64,000 nt of DNA from a bacterium (GTDB lineage Bacteria; 4484-113). The translations under genes and the position numbers were made by a program. The notes under the pieces were generated by a model. The model was not told where the DNA came from. It saw only the letters and a program-made list of their open reading frames with translations, and made no database searches. Location: positions 6,072-70,071 of the forward strand of contig JAGGTK010000072.1 in assembly GCA_021163765.1 (NCBI GenBank), written 5' to 3'. Shown here piece by piece: positions 26,922-35,826 of the stretch. How positions within the stretch are numbered: the first letter of the stretch is position 1; each line of letters opens with the position of its first letter.

Positions 26922-27671
26922 ATGTTAGAACTCATCGCCGCAGGCATTACTTTTGTATTCACCACCGTTCTCACCATCGCAGGTGTCGGTGCCGCGTTCA
27001 TTCTCATCCCGGTTTTTGACGCGATGGGCTACGGCATCCGTGAGGCTATGGCGGTAGCATTACTGCTCAACAGCGTCGCGATGGCATTTGCGTCCGTGAG
27101 GTTTGCCCGCAAGGGGCTGATCGAGTACCGTACCGCGATTCCGATTCTGATAGTAGCTACGGCGCTATCGCCGGTGGGAGCGTACACTGCACAGATGGTG
27201 CCGGAGGTTCCCCTTCGCTGGATGTTCATTGGCTTCCTGCTCTTCGCGGCGGTGATGATGCTGTTCTATCGCGTGAAGGCGACCAAGGCGCACAAGCCTT
27301 CAATCTGGAGTCTGGTGATTACCGGCGGATGGGTGGGTGCGCTGGCAGGATTCATCGGCGGCTTGCTCGGCGTCGGCGGCGGCAACATCATCGTGCCGGT
27401 GCTGGTCTGGCTGGGATTCAATCCCAAGCGGGCATCGGGCACCACCGCGTTCATCGTCATCTTCTCGTCGTTTTCAGGCTTCCTGGGACACGCCACTCTG
27501 GGGTCTATCAACTGGATTCTGCTGGGAGCGGCGGCTATCGGTTCCGTAGGTGGCGCCCTTCTCGGCTCCTATCTGATGACCGATAAGATGAACCGCTCGC
27601 AGGTGAAGCTCGCAATCGGAGTTGTCCTTCTGTTTATCGCCGCGCATATGATTTGGAAACTAGTAAGGTAA
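26922..27671 (+). CDS. TauE/SafE (DUF81) family anion exporter
   Basis: 249 aa, about 7-8 TM segments, with an internal duplication carrying G-rich LGVGGG motifs (GFIGGLLGVGGGNIIVP). Confidence 0.78.
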   Translation: MLELIAAGITFVFTTVLTIAGVGAAFILIPVFDAMGYGIREAMAVALLLNSVAMAFASVRFARKGLIEYRTAIPILIVATALSPVGAYTAQMVPEVPLRWMFIGFLLFAAVMMLFYRVKATKAHKPSIWSLVITGGWVGALAGFIGGLLGVGGGNIIVPVLVWLGFNPKRASGTTAFIVIFSSFSGFLGHATLGSINWILLGAAAIGSVGGALLGSYLMTDKMNRSQVKLAIGVVLLFIAAHMIWKLVR

Positions 27672-27731
27672 CTCGCTATTGCGGCAGCGGTTTGCGTCTA
27701 AACGGGGCGTTATTCTGAAAGGAGGTTCATA

Positions 27732-27965
27732 GTGAAGGAACTGCTCGTTCTCGGACCGGGCTGCTCGCGATGCAGAATGCTTGCCGACCGTGTAAAGGAA
27801 GCGGCCGAGCAGCTTGGCATTGAATACGAGATAATCAAGTTCACCGACGTAAACGCGATCGCCGGGTTTGGCGTGATGACCACCCCGGCGCTGATTGTGG
27901 GCGGCAAGCTGATGTTCCAAGGAAGGGTGCCAAGCGTTGAGGAATTAAAGAATATGCTCGCGTAA
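27732..27965 (+). CDS. Small thioredoxin-fold protein (redox-active disulfide protein 2 type, CxxC)
   Basis: 77 aa. GTG start after [16 protein letters not shown]...[27 protein letters not shown]. This type is commonly linked to ArsR/permease genes. Confidence 0.8.
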   Translation: MKELLVLGPGCSRCRMLADRVKEAAEQLGIEYEIIKFTDVNAIAGFGVMTTPALIVGGKLMFQGRVPSVEELKNMLA

Positions 27966-28101
27966 CCGGACATCCTGCCGTGCGCCGCGGATGGCCAGGC
28001 GTGTCAGCGGCGCGCTGCTGGGCGGGGTTTACCTGGTTCTACATGGCTCCGTGATGTTGGCGAACAATGTACCTTCAAGAAACAACAGGACATATCTGGC
28101 A

Positions 28102-29139
28102 ATGAAGAGACTCTCGCTACTCGACCGGCTACTCACACTGTGGATATTCCTCGCGATGGCGTTTGGCGTCGGGCTGGGATACTTCGTCGAAGGAGTCGAA
28201 TCCTTCATCCACCGGTTCCAGGTCGGCACGACGAACATCCCTATTGCCATCGGCCTGATCCTGATGATGTACCCGCCGCTGGCGAAAGTGCGCTACGAGG
28301 AGCTAAAGGACGTCTTCCGCAATGTGCGCGTTCTCAGCCTCTCCCTTCTTTTGAACTGGGTTATCGGGCCCGTGCTGATGTTCGCCCTGGCGATTACCTT
28401 CCTGCAGGACAAGCCGGAATACATGGTTGGCCTGATCCTGATCGGCCTGGCGCGCTGCATCGCAATGGTCATCGTGTGGAACGACCTTGCCAGGGGCGAC
28501 TCTGAGTACTGCGCCGGATTAGTCGCCTTCAACAGCGTCTTTCAGGTGCTGTTCTTCAGCGTCTACGCGTGGTTCTTCATCACGCTGCTGCCGCCGCTGT
28601 TCGGGCTAAAGGGAAGCGTGGTGGACGTGAGCATCGGCCAGATCGCCCAGAGCGTTTTCATCTACCTGGGGATTCCCTTCATAGCAGGCTTCCTCACGCG
28701 CTTCACGCTCATCCGCATCAAGGGCAATGACTGGTACCACAACCGCTTCATCCCGAAAATCAGCCCGGTAACGCTCATCGCGCTGTTGTTTACCATCGTC
28801 GTAATGTTCAGCCTGAAGGGCAACTTGATTGTCAGCATTCCCTTCGACGTCGTGCGCATCGCCATCCCGCTGTTCATCTACTTCGTGGCGATGTTCCTGG
28901 TCAGCTTCTTCATCAGCCGCAAGGTGGGCGCGGACTATCCGAAGACTGCCAGCCTGTCGTTTACCGCGGCGAGCAACAACTTCGAGCTCGCAATCGCGGT
29001 GGCGGTGGCGGTGTTCGGCATAAACTCCGGCGTGGCTTTCGCCGCCGTCATCGGCCCCCTCATTGAGGTGCCGGTGCTCATAAGCCTGGTGAACGTCTCC
29101 CTGAAGTTTAAGGAGCGGTTCTTCCCCCAGGAAGCCTGA
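28102..29139 (+). CDS. acr3: ACR3 family arsenite efflux transporter
   Basis: ATG 28102 gives [27 protein letters not shown], with [13 protein letters not shown] and [15 protein letters not shown] motifs. 345 aa, polytopic. Confidence 0.85.
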   Translation: MKRLSLLDRLLTLWIFLAMAFGVGLGYFVEGVESFIHRFQVGTTNIPIAIGLILMMYPPLAKVRYEELKDVFRNVRVLSLSLLLNWVIGPVLMFALAITFLQDKPEYMVGLILIGLARCIAMVIVWNDLARGDSEYCAGLVAFNSVFQVLFFSVYAWFFITLLPPLFGLKGSVVDVSIGQIAQSVFIYLGIPFIAGFLTRFTLIRIKGNDWYHNRFIPKISPVTLIALLFTIVVMFSLKGNLIVSIPFDVVRIAIPLFIYFVAMFLVSFFISRKVGADYPKTASLSFTAASNNFELAIAVAVAVFGINSGVAFAAVIGPLIEVPVLISLVNVSLKFKERFFPQEA

Positions 29140-29166
29140 GACCGGGCGCCGCGCCATGCGCCGCGC

Positions 29167-29700
29167 GTGGTTGCCAATCCGCACGCCATCAGCGACAATC
29201 ACAGCGGGACGATGGCGGGAAGCGAGAAGCCGCGCGGGCCGACGAAAGAGTATGCCGAGCGCAAGCTGCGACGGCTGCTGTACCGGTCGCACGCCCAGTT
29301 TGCATTCGCGCTTGGCCAGATGCTTGAGGGAACGAAATGCCCCTCCGTGGGCGCCGCGGACAGGCTCGTGCGCTCACGCCTGTTCCCGCTGCTGGACGAT
29401 GAGCTTTGCGCGGCGGTCAGCCTGCTGCACAAGGAGTTCCACCTGTGGCAGGGCGATATGCCCGGCGGCTGGATGCACGCGCCGCTGACGGCGGCGAAGG
29501 CTTACTTGCGCATCGGACGGGCGCTGGAGGTGATACGGGCCGAGCTTGCGCGCCTTGGCGTGCGGTGCAAAAGCGGCTTGCCGGAGTTCCCGTTCGTGCT
29601 CAAAGACCGCGTGCGCTGGGCGTCGTATTCCGCCAGCCCCGAAACCCGCACCGAACTCGCGGATTTCCTGGCGGAACCTTCGAGCATTGACCGCGATTAG
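29167..29700 (+). CDS. Hypothetical protein (177 aa)
   Basis: GC-rich ORF with no recognised motif. The composition is plausible, but overlapping alternative-frame ORFs exist and the start is uncertain. Confidence 0.35.
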   Translation: MVANPHAISDNHSGTMAGSEKPRGPTKEYAERKLRRLLYRSHAQFAFALGQMLEGTKCPSVGAADRLVRSRLFPLLDDELCAAVSLLHKEFHLWQGDMPGGWMHAPLTAAKAYLRIGRALEVIRAELARLGVRCKSGLPEFPFVLKDRVRWASYSASPETRTELADFLAEPSSIDRD

Positions 29701-29719
29701 CCTGCAGAGCGGGGACTTG

Positions 29720-29733
29720 TGCGCCTAGGCGCA
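29720..29733 (+). terminator. 14-bp perfect palindrome followed by TTTA at the GC-rich / AT-rich junction (weak terminator candidate)
   Basis: TGCGCCTAGGCGCA equals its own reverse complement, giving a 5-bp stem with a CTAG loop, followed by TTTATCC. Confidence 0.3.
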
Positions 29734-29942
29734 TTTATCCCCTAACTCTTCATTCTCGCCCAGGAATAGCCCATGTGGAAGTTCGCATTGGATAGCTCAG
29801 TAGGAATATATTAAAGCAATACAGACAACACCAGGCAAACCTTCTGTTGGCTGACAAATAGAAAATATCATTGGAGGGAACTAATTTAAAGGGAATGCTT
29901 GTATAAAACGCTGTATAATGATATTATTCTCTAAGGAATATC

Positions 29943-31181
29943 ATGAGCAGGCATCTTGACGCTTATACAGTGACTAAAGCCGCTTCGATTTTAGGATACA
30001 CACCTCAACACGTAAGGCACTTGATAAGAACAGGCCACCTGTTAGCATTCAAAGCAGGTAGAGATTGGCTTATTCCTCGATGGGACTTAGAGACATTTAA
30101 AGATAGCAGCTCCGAGCGCCCTAAAGAGGCAAGCCAACCTAGCGGCGCTTTAAAAACTGATAATGGTAACAAGACAGCTTGGCTGGCACTCAACGAGGTA
30201 TATTGCGGTGATTGCAGAGAACTTCTGGAGAGAATCGCACCTAACAGCATACAACTGTCCGTTTGGTCGCCTCCATATCACGTGGGTAAGAAATACGAAT
30301 CTGGCCAGAGTTATGAAGAGTGGGTTGATCTGCTTGAAACGGTAATACGCTTGCACTATAGAATCATCGAGCCTGGACAGTTTGTCGTAGTGAACATCGC
30401 AGACATCCTCTGCTTCGAGGATCTCTCAATGCCGCGGATCCAAGCAGACCTAGTAAGCAATAAGAGGCACGCGGTAACGCGAGAGATGGTTCTTCAGGCG
30501 AAAAAAGAGTATCCTAGTTATGACCGTTACCAACTAGCGGATCTCCTGGGTTGTAGCGAGCAAACAATCGATAGAAGGCTTAACGGTAACAATGTTAGAG
30601 GTGGGAAGCACTCATGTCAGACACGTGTAAAGCTTGTAAGTGCACTCATTGAGGATGCAGCTATCCAAGCCGGGTTCTACCTTTATGACAGACGCATCTG
30701 GCACAAAGACGCTGCGTGGCAGAACAGCAGGTGGCACAACTCATCGTATCGCTCGGTAGACGAGTTCGAGTACCTGTATTTCCTATGGAAGCCCGGCGTT
30801 ACGGTCATAGACAGAAACAGACTATCGAATAGTGAGTGGCAAGAATGGGGATCCAGAGGTGTCTGGCGATTCCCCTCAGTAAGAGCTAACGACCTACATG
30901 AAGCAATGTTCCCTGTAGAGTTGCCACTGCGCCTCATCAAGCTTCTTACTGATCCGGGGCACAACGTGCTTGACTGTTTCATGGGGAGTGGTACTTCCGC
31001 AGTAGCTGCACTACGACTCGGACGCAACTTCATCGGAATAGAGAAAGTCCGCGACTATGTCGACCTAGCAAAATCTAGGCTGGCCTTTGAAAGGCGCCGA
31101 GCGCAGTCTAGTCTGTTCCCCCATCGGGTTGAACCCTCAGCTGATGTTGCACCTCACCGCGTTCCCCGACACGTAACTTGA
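29943..31181 (+). CDS. Type II DNA methyltransferase (beta-class N4/N6 family, SPPY motif IV) with an N-terminal excisionase-type HTH
   Basis: N-terminus YTVTKAASILGYTPQHVRHLIRTGHLLAFKAGRDWLIP is an HTH_17-like fold. Motif IV is WSPPYHVGKKYE. Motif I is near the C-terminus (VLDCFMGSGTSAVAALRLGRNFIGIE). TATAAT lies at 29914-29919. Confidence 0.85.
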   Translation: MSRHLDAYTVTKAASILGYTPQHVRHLIRTGHLLAFKAGRDWLIPRWDLETFKDSSSERPKEASQPSGALKTDNGNKTAWLALNEVYCGDCRELLERIAPNSIQLSVWSPPYHVGKKYESGQSYEEWVDLLETVIRLHYRIIEPGQFVVVNIADILCFEDLSMPRIQADLVSNKRHAVTREMVLQAKKEYPSYDRYQLADLLGCSEQTIDRRLNGNNVRGGKHSCQTRVKLVSALIEDAAIQAGFYLYDRRIWHKDAAWQNSRWHNSSYRSVDEFEYLYFLWKPGVTVIDRNRLSNSEWQEWGSRGVWRFPSVRANDLHEAMFPVELPLRLIKLLTDPGHNVLDCFMGSGTSAVAALRLGRNFIGIEKVRDYVDLAKSRLAFERRRAQSSLFPHRVEPSADVAPHRVPRHVT

Positions 31182-31977
31182 CGCACCTCCAAGTGGCGAT
31201 CTCAGCAAGAGGGATAAGTTTTACTCTCACGCGCTTATGCTTGAACTTTACTTCATCCTTTCCTGGCGTGAGTAGCCTACCTAGGTTGTTCATGTGATAA
31301 TCTGGGCCTGTGAACATTAGCAGACCGTTTGGCACACATACAACTTCAACATGGTCGAGTGGTTGAATGCCTGGCTCCTCCACTGCGTAGACGACTTTGA
31401 GGAATACCGTTACACATAGTCGGGGAAGTTTTCTTAGCATATAAAGCGGCGGGAGTTCGGGCTGAAATACCATTTCACGTCTCGGCCCGTGTACAACAAC
31501 AGATGAATTGCCTACGTAACTTCCCTCCTTGATTGCACCATCACCGCTAATCTGGTTAGGGCTAGCGACAATTTCATTTGGATTGTCATTGGGGCCTGTA
31601 GATTTAACGTCGAAGTGACAAAGGCTATCCTGAGACATAAAGCGTATGTCGCCTCCGTATGGTAGTCCGATGAATTCTAGGTCCTCAAAATAAGATCCCA
31701 ATGACTGAAGGAAAAGGCCTTCAATAAGCTTCTCACCCACTTCACCCCAAGGTAGTGAGTCGCCTCTAGGCTTGTGCCCTCTCTGCTTCGGGGCATATAG
31801 CAGCCAATAAGGACGAAGTTCATGGCATGCGTCAAAGCCTTGATAGACAAGCGGAAGTATCTCAGTAATTGTCCTTACCACGGATCTAAATATGCGCTTT
31901 TCGGTTTCAATGATCTGTGCGCCATTATCTTTGCTATATCCCAGTATCGCTTCTTTATAGAGTTTCTGCTCGGTCAT
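31108..31977 (-). CDS. Putative type II restriction endonuclease (PD-(D/E)xK candidate)
   Basis: 289 aa in AT-richer DNA, placed between the C gene and the convergent methyltransferase. GGDIRF...CHFDVKSTG fits a D...(D/E)xK arrangement. No other family recognised. Confidence 0.6.
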   Translation of the reverse strand: MTEQKLYKEAILGYSKDNGAQIIETEKRIFRSVVRTITEILPLVYQGFDACHELRPYWLLYAPKQRGHKPRGDSLPWGEVGEKLIEGLFLQSLGSYFEDLEFIGLPYGGDIRFMSQDSLCHFDVKSTGPNDNPNEIVASPNQISGDGAIKEGSYVGNSSVVVHGPRREMVFQPELPPLYMLRKLPRLCVTVFLKVVYAVEEPGIQPLDHVEVVCVPNGLLMFTGPDYHMNNLGRLLTPGKDEVKFKHKRVRVKLIPLAEIATWRCVKLRVGERGEVQHQLRVQPDGGTD

Positions 31978-32024
31978 TTCAAAGTTTCCCCAGAGCTACC
32001 GATTCCCGTACGAAATCCAACAAC

Positions 32025-32249
32025 TTAGAGCCCTTTCAGTAGCTTCCAAAGAGGAACATCAAGCGCTCTAGCTATCCTTGACAGCACCTCGATGGTAGGA
32101 TTCCTCAAACCCCTTTCTAATCCGCTTAAGTAAGTCCTATGAACGTCACAGGCGCCCGCTAAGTCCTCCTGAGATAATCTCCTTTCTTCGCGAAAATGCC
32201 TGATGACCATTCCAAGTTTGACGAGAATAGCTGTTCCTCCCTTGTCCAC
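32025..32249 (-). CDS. Controller (C) protein, XRE-family HTH
   Basis: LGMVIRHFREERRLSQEDLAGACDVHRTYLSGLERGLRNPTIEVLSRIARALDVPLWKLL is the typical R-M controller protein sequence. It lies immediately upstream of, and co-oriented with, the endonuclease gene. Start is GTG 32249 or ATG 32210. Confidence 0.8.
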   Translation of the reverse strand: MDKGGTAILVKLGMVIRHFREERRLSQEDLAGACDVHRTYLSGLERGLRNPTIEVLSRIARALDVPLWKLLKGL

Positions 32250-32258
32250 CGAAAGTCA

Positions 32259-32299
32259 ATTCTAACGCTTGGACTTCAGAAAGCCACAGACTATGAGTC
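32259..32299 (-). promoter_or_regulatory. C-box-like operator (GACT-N3-AGTC) and -10 element upstream of the C gene
   Basis: The minus strand reads TGTGACTCATAGTCTGTGGCTTTCTGAAGTCCAAGCGTTAGAATTGACTTTCGGTG. The core palindrome GACTCATAGTC is at 32289-32299, flanked by TGTG as in known C-boxes. TAGAAT (32259-32264) lies 9 nt before GTG 32249. Confidence 0.55.
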
Positions 32300-32397
32300 A
32301 CATGATTTCGCTTGGTGTTCCTACTGCTTTGTCCTTATAGGTGTGGAAGCCCTAATCCCAATCCGAAAGCATCCCGCATCCGATGGCACCCCCCCCA

Positions 32398-33606
32398 TCA
32401 CACAACCAGCATCGCGTCGCCCAGCGAATAGAAGCGGTAGCGGCGGGAAATTGCCTCGCCGTAGGCCCGGCGCACAAGCTCGCGGCCGCCGAACGCGTAA
32501 ACAAGCGCCAGCAGCGTCGTGCGCGGCAGATGGAAGTTGGTGAGCAGCGCGTCCACAAACTCAAACTCGTATCCGGGAAGCACGTAAAGGTCGGTCTCTC
32601 CGGCGGCGGGAAACCGCTTGAGGAGCGCCGCATCCGGCACGTTCGCAAGCTCTCCCGCTGAACTCACACCCATCTCATCACACGCGGCGCGCCAGTTAGC
32701 AAAGACCCGCTCCAGCACGCGGATGCTCGTCGTGCCGACAGCGACGACCGGCCTGCCCGAAAGCTTAGCCGCTAGAATGCGCTTCAGCTCCGCTGCAGAG
32801 ATGGAATACGGCTCCGGCGCCAGGTGATGCTCTGCCGCATCGTCTCCCCGTATCGGCAGGAACGTCGCGGTGCCGACGTGCAGCGTTATCCGCGCGTGTT
32901 CAATCCCGCGCAGCGCCATCTCGCCAAATGTGCGCTGCGTGAAGTGCAGACCCGCGGTGGGCGCTGCCGACGAGCCTGTCTTTTCAGAATAGCTCGTCTG
33001 GTAGCGCTCCTCGTCGCTTAGCTTCTCCTTGAGATACGGCGGCAGCGGCAGCACTCCCGCTTCGAGTATCGCCCGCAAACGCGGCACGTCCGGCGTCTCG
33101 CCGTTTTGCAGAATGCGCACGCGTCCCGGGTCGTCGCGGCCGGTCGGGCGCAGCACTTCAAACTCGACGCCGTCGCGAAACGCCAGCCTCTCGCCTTGCC
33201 GGATATGCCCCCGCGCCTCCGTCAGGCACTCTGCCGTCCCGTCCTCGTGGACGCGCGTGAGCAGGACCTCAACCCGCCCGCCGGTATCCACGCGGGTGCA
33301 GAAGTAGCGGCTGCGCATCACCCGCGAGTCGTTGAGCACGAGGAAACTGCGCGGCGGCAACAGCCCCGGAAGCTCGCGGAACCTCTGGTGCGCAACGCTA
33401 TTCGCCGCGCGGTTGACCACGAGCAGGCGCGAAGCGTCGCGCTCCGCAAGCGGCTGTTGCGCAATCAGATCCTCGGGCAGCGTGTAGTCGAGGAGCGAAA
33501 CCGGGTAGTCCTGGGGAATGCCTGGCACGCCGCGTAGTTTAGCAGATAGGCGGCACGCAACTGCTACAATGGATCCGGGACACGCGATGTTTTCCGAAAC
33601 GCTCAA
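32398..33606 (-). CDS. queA: S-adenosylmethionine:tRNA ribosyltransferase-isomerase
   Basis: LLDYTLPEDLIAQQPLAERDASRLLV, LPPYL, AAPTAGLHFT and VGTTSIRVLE motifs. The true start is probably internal to the 402-aa ORF. Confidence 0.85.
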   Translation of the reverse strand: MSVSENIACPGSIVAVACRLSAKLRGVPGIPQDYPVSLLDYTLPEDLIAQQPLAERDASRLLVVNRAANSVAHQRFRELPGLLPPRSFLVLNDSRVMRSRYFCTRVDTGGRVEVLLTRVHEDGTAECLTEARGHIRQGERLAFRDGVEFEVLRPTGRDDPGRVRILQNGETPDVPRLRAILEAGVLPLPPYLKEKLSDEERYQTSYSEKTGSSAAPTAGLHFTQRTFGEMALRGIEHARITLHVGTATFLPIRGDDAAEHHLAPEPYSISAAELKRILAAKLSGRPVVAVGTTSIRVLERVFANWRAACDEMGVSSAGELANVPDAALLKRFPAAGETDLYVLPGYEFEFVDALLTNFHLPRTTLLALVYAFGGRELVRRAYGEAISRRYRFYSLGDAMLVV

Positions 33607-34660
33607 AGCTGCCGCCCGGCCCGCGAAATACTTCGTAAAACCGGAGCCCGACGATCTCGGCGTGAAAATCCGCTGCCGCCTCTGCCCCCGCGAATGCGTA
33701 ATCCGCGAAGGTGAAATGGGTTACTGCGGCGTGCGCGGCGTCCTCGACGGCGAACTGGTGACGTTCATCTGGGGGCGCCCCAGCTCCATCGCGGTTGACC
33801 CGGTGGAGAAGAAGCCGCTTTACCACTTCCACCCCGGCTCGCTGGTGCTGTCACTGGGCACCATCGGCTGCAACTTCCGCTGCAAGCACTGCCAGAACTG
33901 GACCATATCCATGGCTGATGCCGACTCGGCGGGATTCCGCCTGCTCGAAAGCGAACCTATTGAGCCCTCGGCGCTCGTTGAGATCTGCCGCCGCCACGGC
34001 GCCACCGGCGTCTCGTTCACCTACAACGAACCCACCATCTGGATGGAGTACGTGCTGGACACCTTCCACTACTTCCGCGAGCACACCGACTACTACACCT
34101 GCCTGGTGACGAATGCGTTTATCAGTCCCGAGCCGCTGGAAGACGTGCTCCAAGTTACAGACGCCTACCGCGCCGACCTGAAAACCATCAGGCCGGAGAA
34201 TCTGGTGAAGATGGCGGAGTACAACCATCCTGAAAAAGTGCTGGAGACCATCGCGCGCGTGGCGAAAAGCGGCGTGCATTTGGAGGTCGTCACCAACATC
34301 GTCACCAACTGGAACGACAGTGAGGAGGAGATCAGGGAGATGGCTGAGTGGATGGCGGACAACGTCCCGCTGGATACGCCGTGGCACTTCACACGTTACT
34401 TCCCGCACAACGAGTACCGCGAGGACGCAACGCCCGTCGCAACGCTCCGGTTCGCGGAGCGAATCGCGCGCGAGCGAGGCTTCAAATTCGTGTATCTGGG
34501 GAACCTCCCCGGCGCGGACGGTGACACCACCTGTCCCAAATGCGGGCAGACCCTGATCTCGCGCGCAGGCTATTCCGCACACATACTGGTGGACGAACCT
34601 CGCTGCCCCGCCTGCGGGGAGCCGCTTCGCTCGCTGGTTCTGCCGGAGCGGAAAAACTAA
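33587..34660 (+). CDS. AmmeMemoRadiSam-system radical SAM enzyme (AmrS-like)
   Basis: CRLCPRECVIREGEMGYCGVRG N-terminal Cys motif plus the radical SAM GCNFRCKHCQNW. C-terminal CPKCG...CPACG. Start is ATG 33587 or 33569. Confidence 0.78.
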   Translation: MFSETLKAAARPAKYFVKPEPDDLGVKIRCRLCPRECVIREGEMGYCGVRGVLDGELVTFIWGRPSSIAVDPVEKKPLYHFHPGSLVLSLGTIGCNFRCKHCQNWTISMADADSAGFRLLESEPIEPSALVEICRRHGATGVSFTYNEPTIWMEYVLDTFHYFREHTDYYTCLVTNAFISPEPLEDVLQVTDAYRADLKTIRPENLVKMAEYNHPEKVLETIARVAKSGVHLEVVTNIVTNWNDSEEEIREMAEWMADNVPLDTPWHFTRYFPHNEYREDATPVATLRFAERIARERGFKFVYLGNLPGADGDTTCPKCGQTLISRAGYSAHILVDEPRCPACGEPLRSLVLPERKN

Positions 34661-34666
34661 AGCCGG

Positions 34667-35752
34667 CTAGAAATAATACATCAGCATTTCTTCCGGATGG
34701 TCGCCGACCTCACATTCTATATCCCGGTAACGGTCACGGCGGATAATGCCGAACACGAGAACGTCGCCCTCCTTAGCCTCGTAGACTATCTTCTCAAGCT
34801 GGCCGATGGACTTGAGCAGCTCACCGTTTATCTTGACCACGAAATCCTGGTAGCGCAGGCCGGCGTCGTAAGCCGGGCTGCCCTCCCATACGTTGTAAAT
34901 GAGCATTCCTACGTCCCAGTACTCATCCGGCAGGTTCATATACATCCGGAGGTCATCGGACAGCTCCCGCAGCCCGTACATCCCGAACGAGCCGGAGTAG
35001 GGCATAATACCCAGCCAGGGCCGGAACGCGGGCTCTTCGGTCTCTATCAGCTCATCGACAACCTTCTTTACGAGCGTTGCAGGCATGAAAAACGTTACGT
35101 TCTGCATACCCATTGCACTCCCACCGCCAAACACGGCCTGTATGCCAACGACTTCGCCGTTTGAATTAAACAGAGGGCTGCCCTCGTTGCCGGTATTGAC
35201 GACGACATCGCTCTGGATCATATCCGGGACCAGCTGGCCCGATTCCAGGCGCACTGTGCGGATAGCCGAAATGATACCGTAGGATACAGTGTGGCCGTAG
35301 CCGCCGGCGGTACCGACGACGACAACCGACTCGCCCTGGCGCACCGGGCTGTCCAGCGCAAACCTGGCCACTTTCAGGTCAGGCGGAGGCTCCTTGAGCT
35401 TGATCAGCCCCAGGCCATAGCCCTTGTCCTGCACGACCGTCTCGGCATCGAACTTCCGCCCGTCTCCGAGTGTGACTTCGAGCGCCTCGGCGTCCTCCAG
35501 CGATGCTGCATCCGTTAGGATATAGCCATCCTTGGTGATTACGAGGCCCGTGTCGTAGCTTTGCACGATGCGCTGCTGGCGCGAGGTCAGCGAAACGGCC
35601 GTCAGGCTCAGGCTGACCGTCTCAATGGTGACAACGCTCTCCTTTGCCATTTCAGCAACTTCGACGGCCATGAAGTCCGCTCTTGCAGCTGCTGTGACCA
35701 CAGCGAAGAAGAGAATCAACGCCATCCCCACATTGGTCCATCTTACGCTCAT
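34667..35752 (-). CDS. HtrA/DegP-like S1C paralog with PDZ domain, catalytic triad absent (pseudoprotease)
   Basis: ATG 35752 follows GAGGAG and is followed by a signal-like N-terminus. The His site reads GYILTDAASL (canonical TNxHV). The Asp site reads YGLGLIKL (canonical DLALLK). The Ser site reads NTGNEGSPL (canonical GNSGGPL). Confidence 0.8.
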   Translation of the reverse strand: MSVRWTNVGMALILFFAVVTAAARADFMAVEVAEMAKESVVTIETVSLSLTAVSLTSRQQRIVQSYDTGLVITKDGYILTDAASLEDAEALEVTLGDGRKFDAETVVQDKGYGLGLIKLKEPPPDLKVARFALDSPVRQGESVVVVGTAGGYGHTVSYGIISAIRTVRLESGQLVPDMIQSDVVVNTGNEGSPLFNSNGEVVGIQAVFGGGSAMGMQNVTFFMPATLVKKVVDELIETEEPAFRPWLGIMPYSGSFGMYGLRELSDDLRMYMNLPDEYWDVGMLIYNVWEGSPAYDAGLRYQDFVVKINGELLKSIGQLEKIVYEAKEGDVLVFGIIRRDRYRDIECEVGDHPEEMLMYYF

Positions 35753-35826
35753 ATTTGTCTCCTCAATGTATACCCCAGCCCTGGCCACAACCCCTGGGAT
35801 CAGTGCCGTGTCCAGGCGAACTGCAC

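Noticed and set aside
29774-32349. 8-bp direct repeat TGTGGAAG at 29774-29781 and 32342-32349, near both edges of the R-M islet, considered as a possible target-site duplication.
   Set aside because: An 8-mer match between two ~100-bp windows is expected by chance at roughly the 10-20 percent level. Unlike the 33-bp and ~80-bp repeats of the other islets, there is no adjacent extended similarity.
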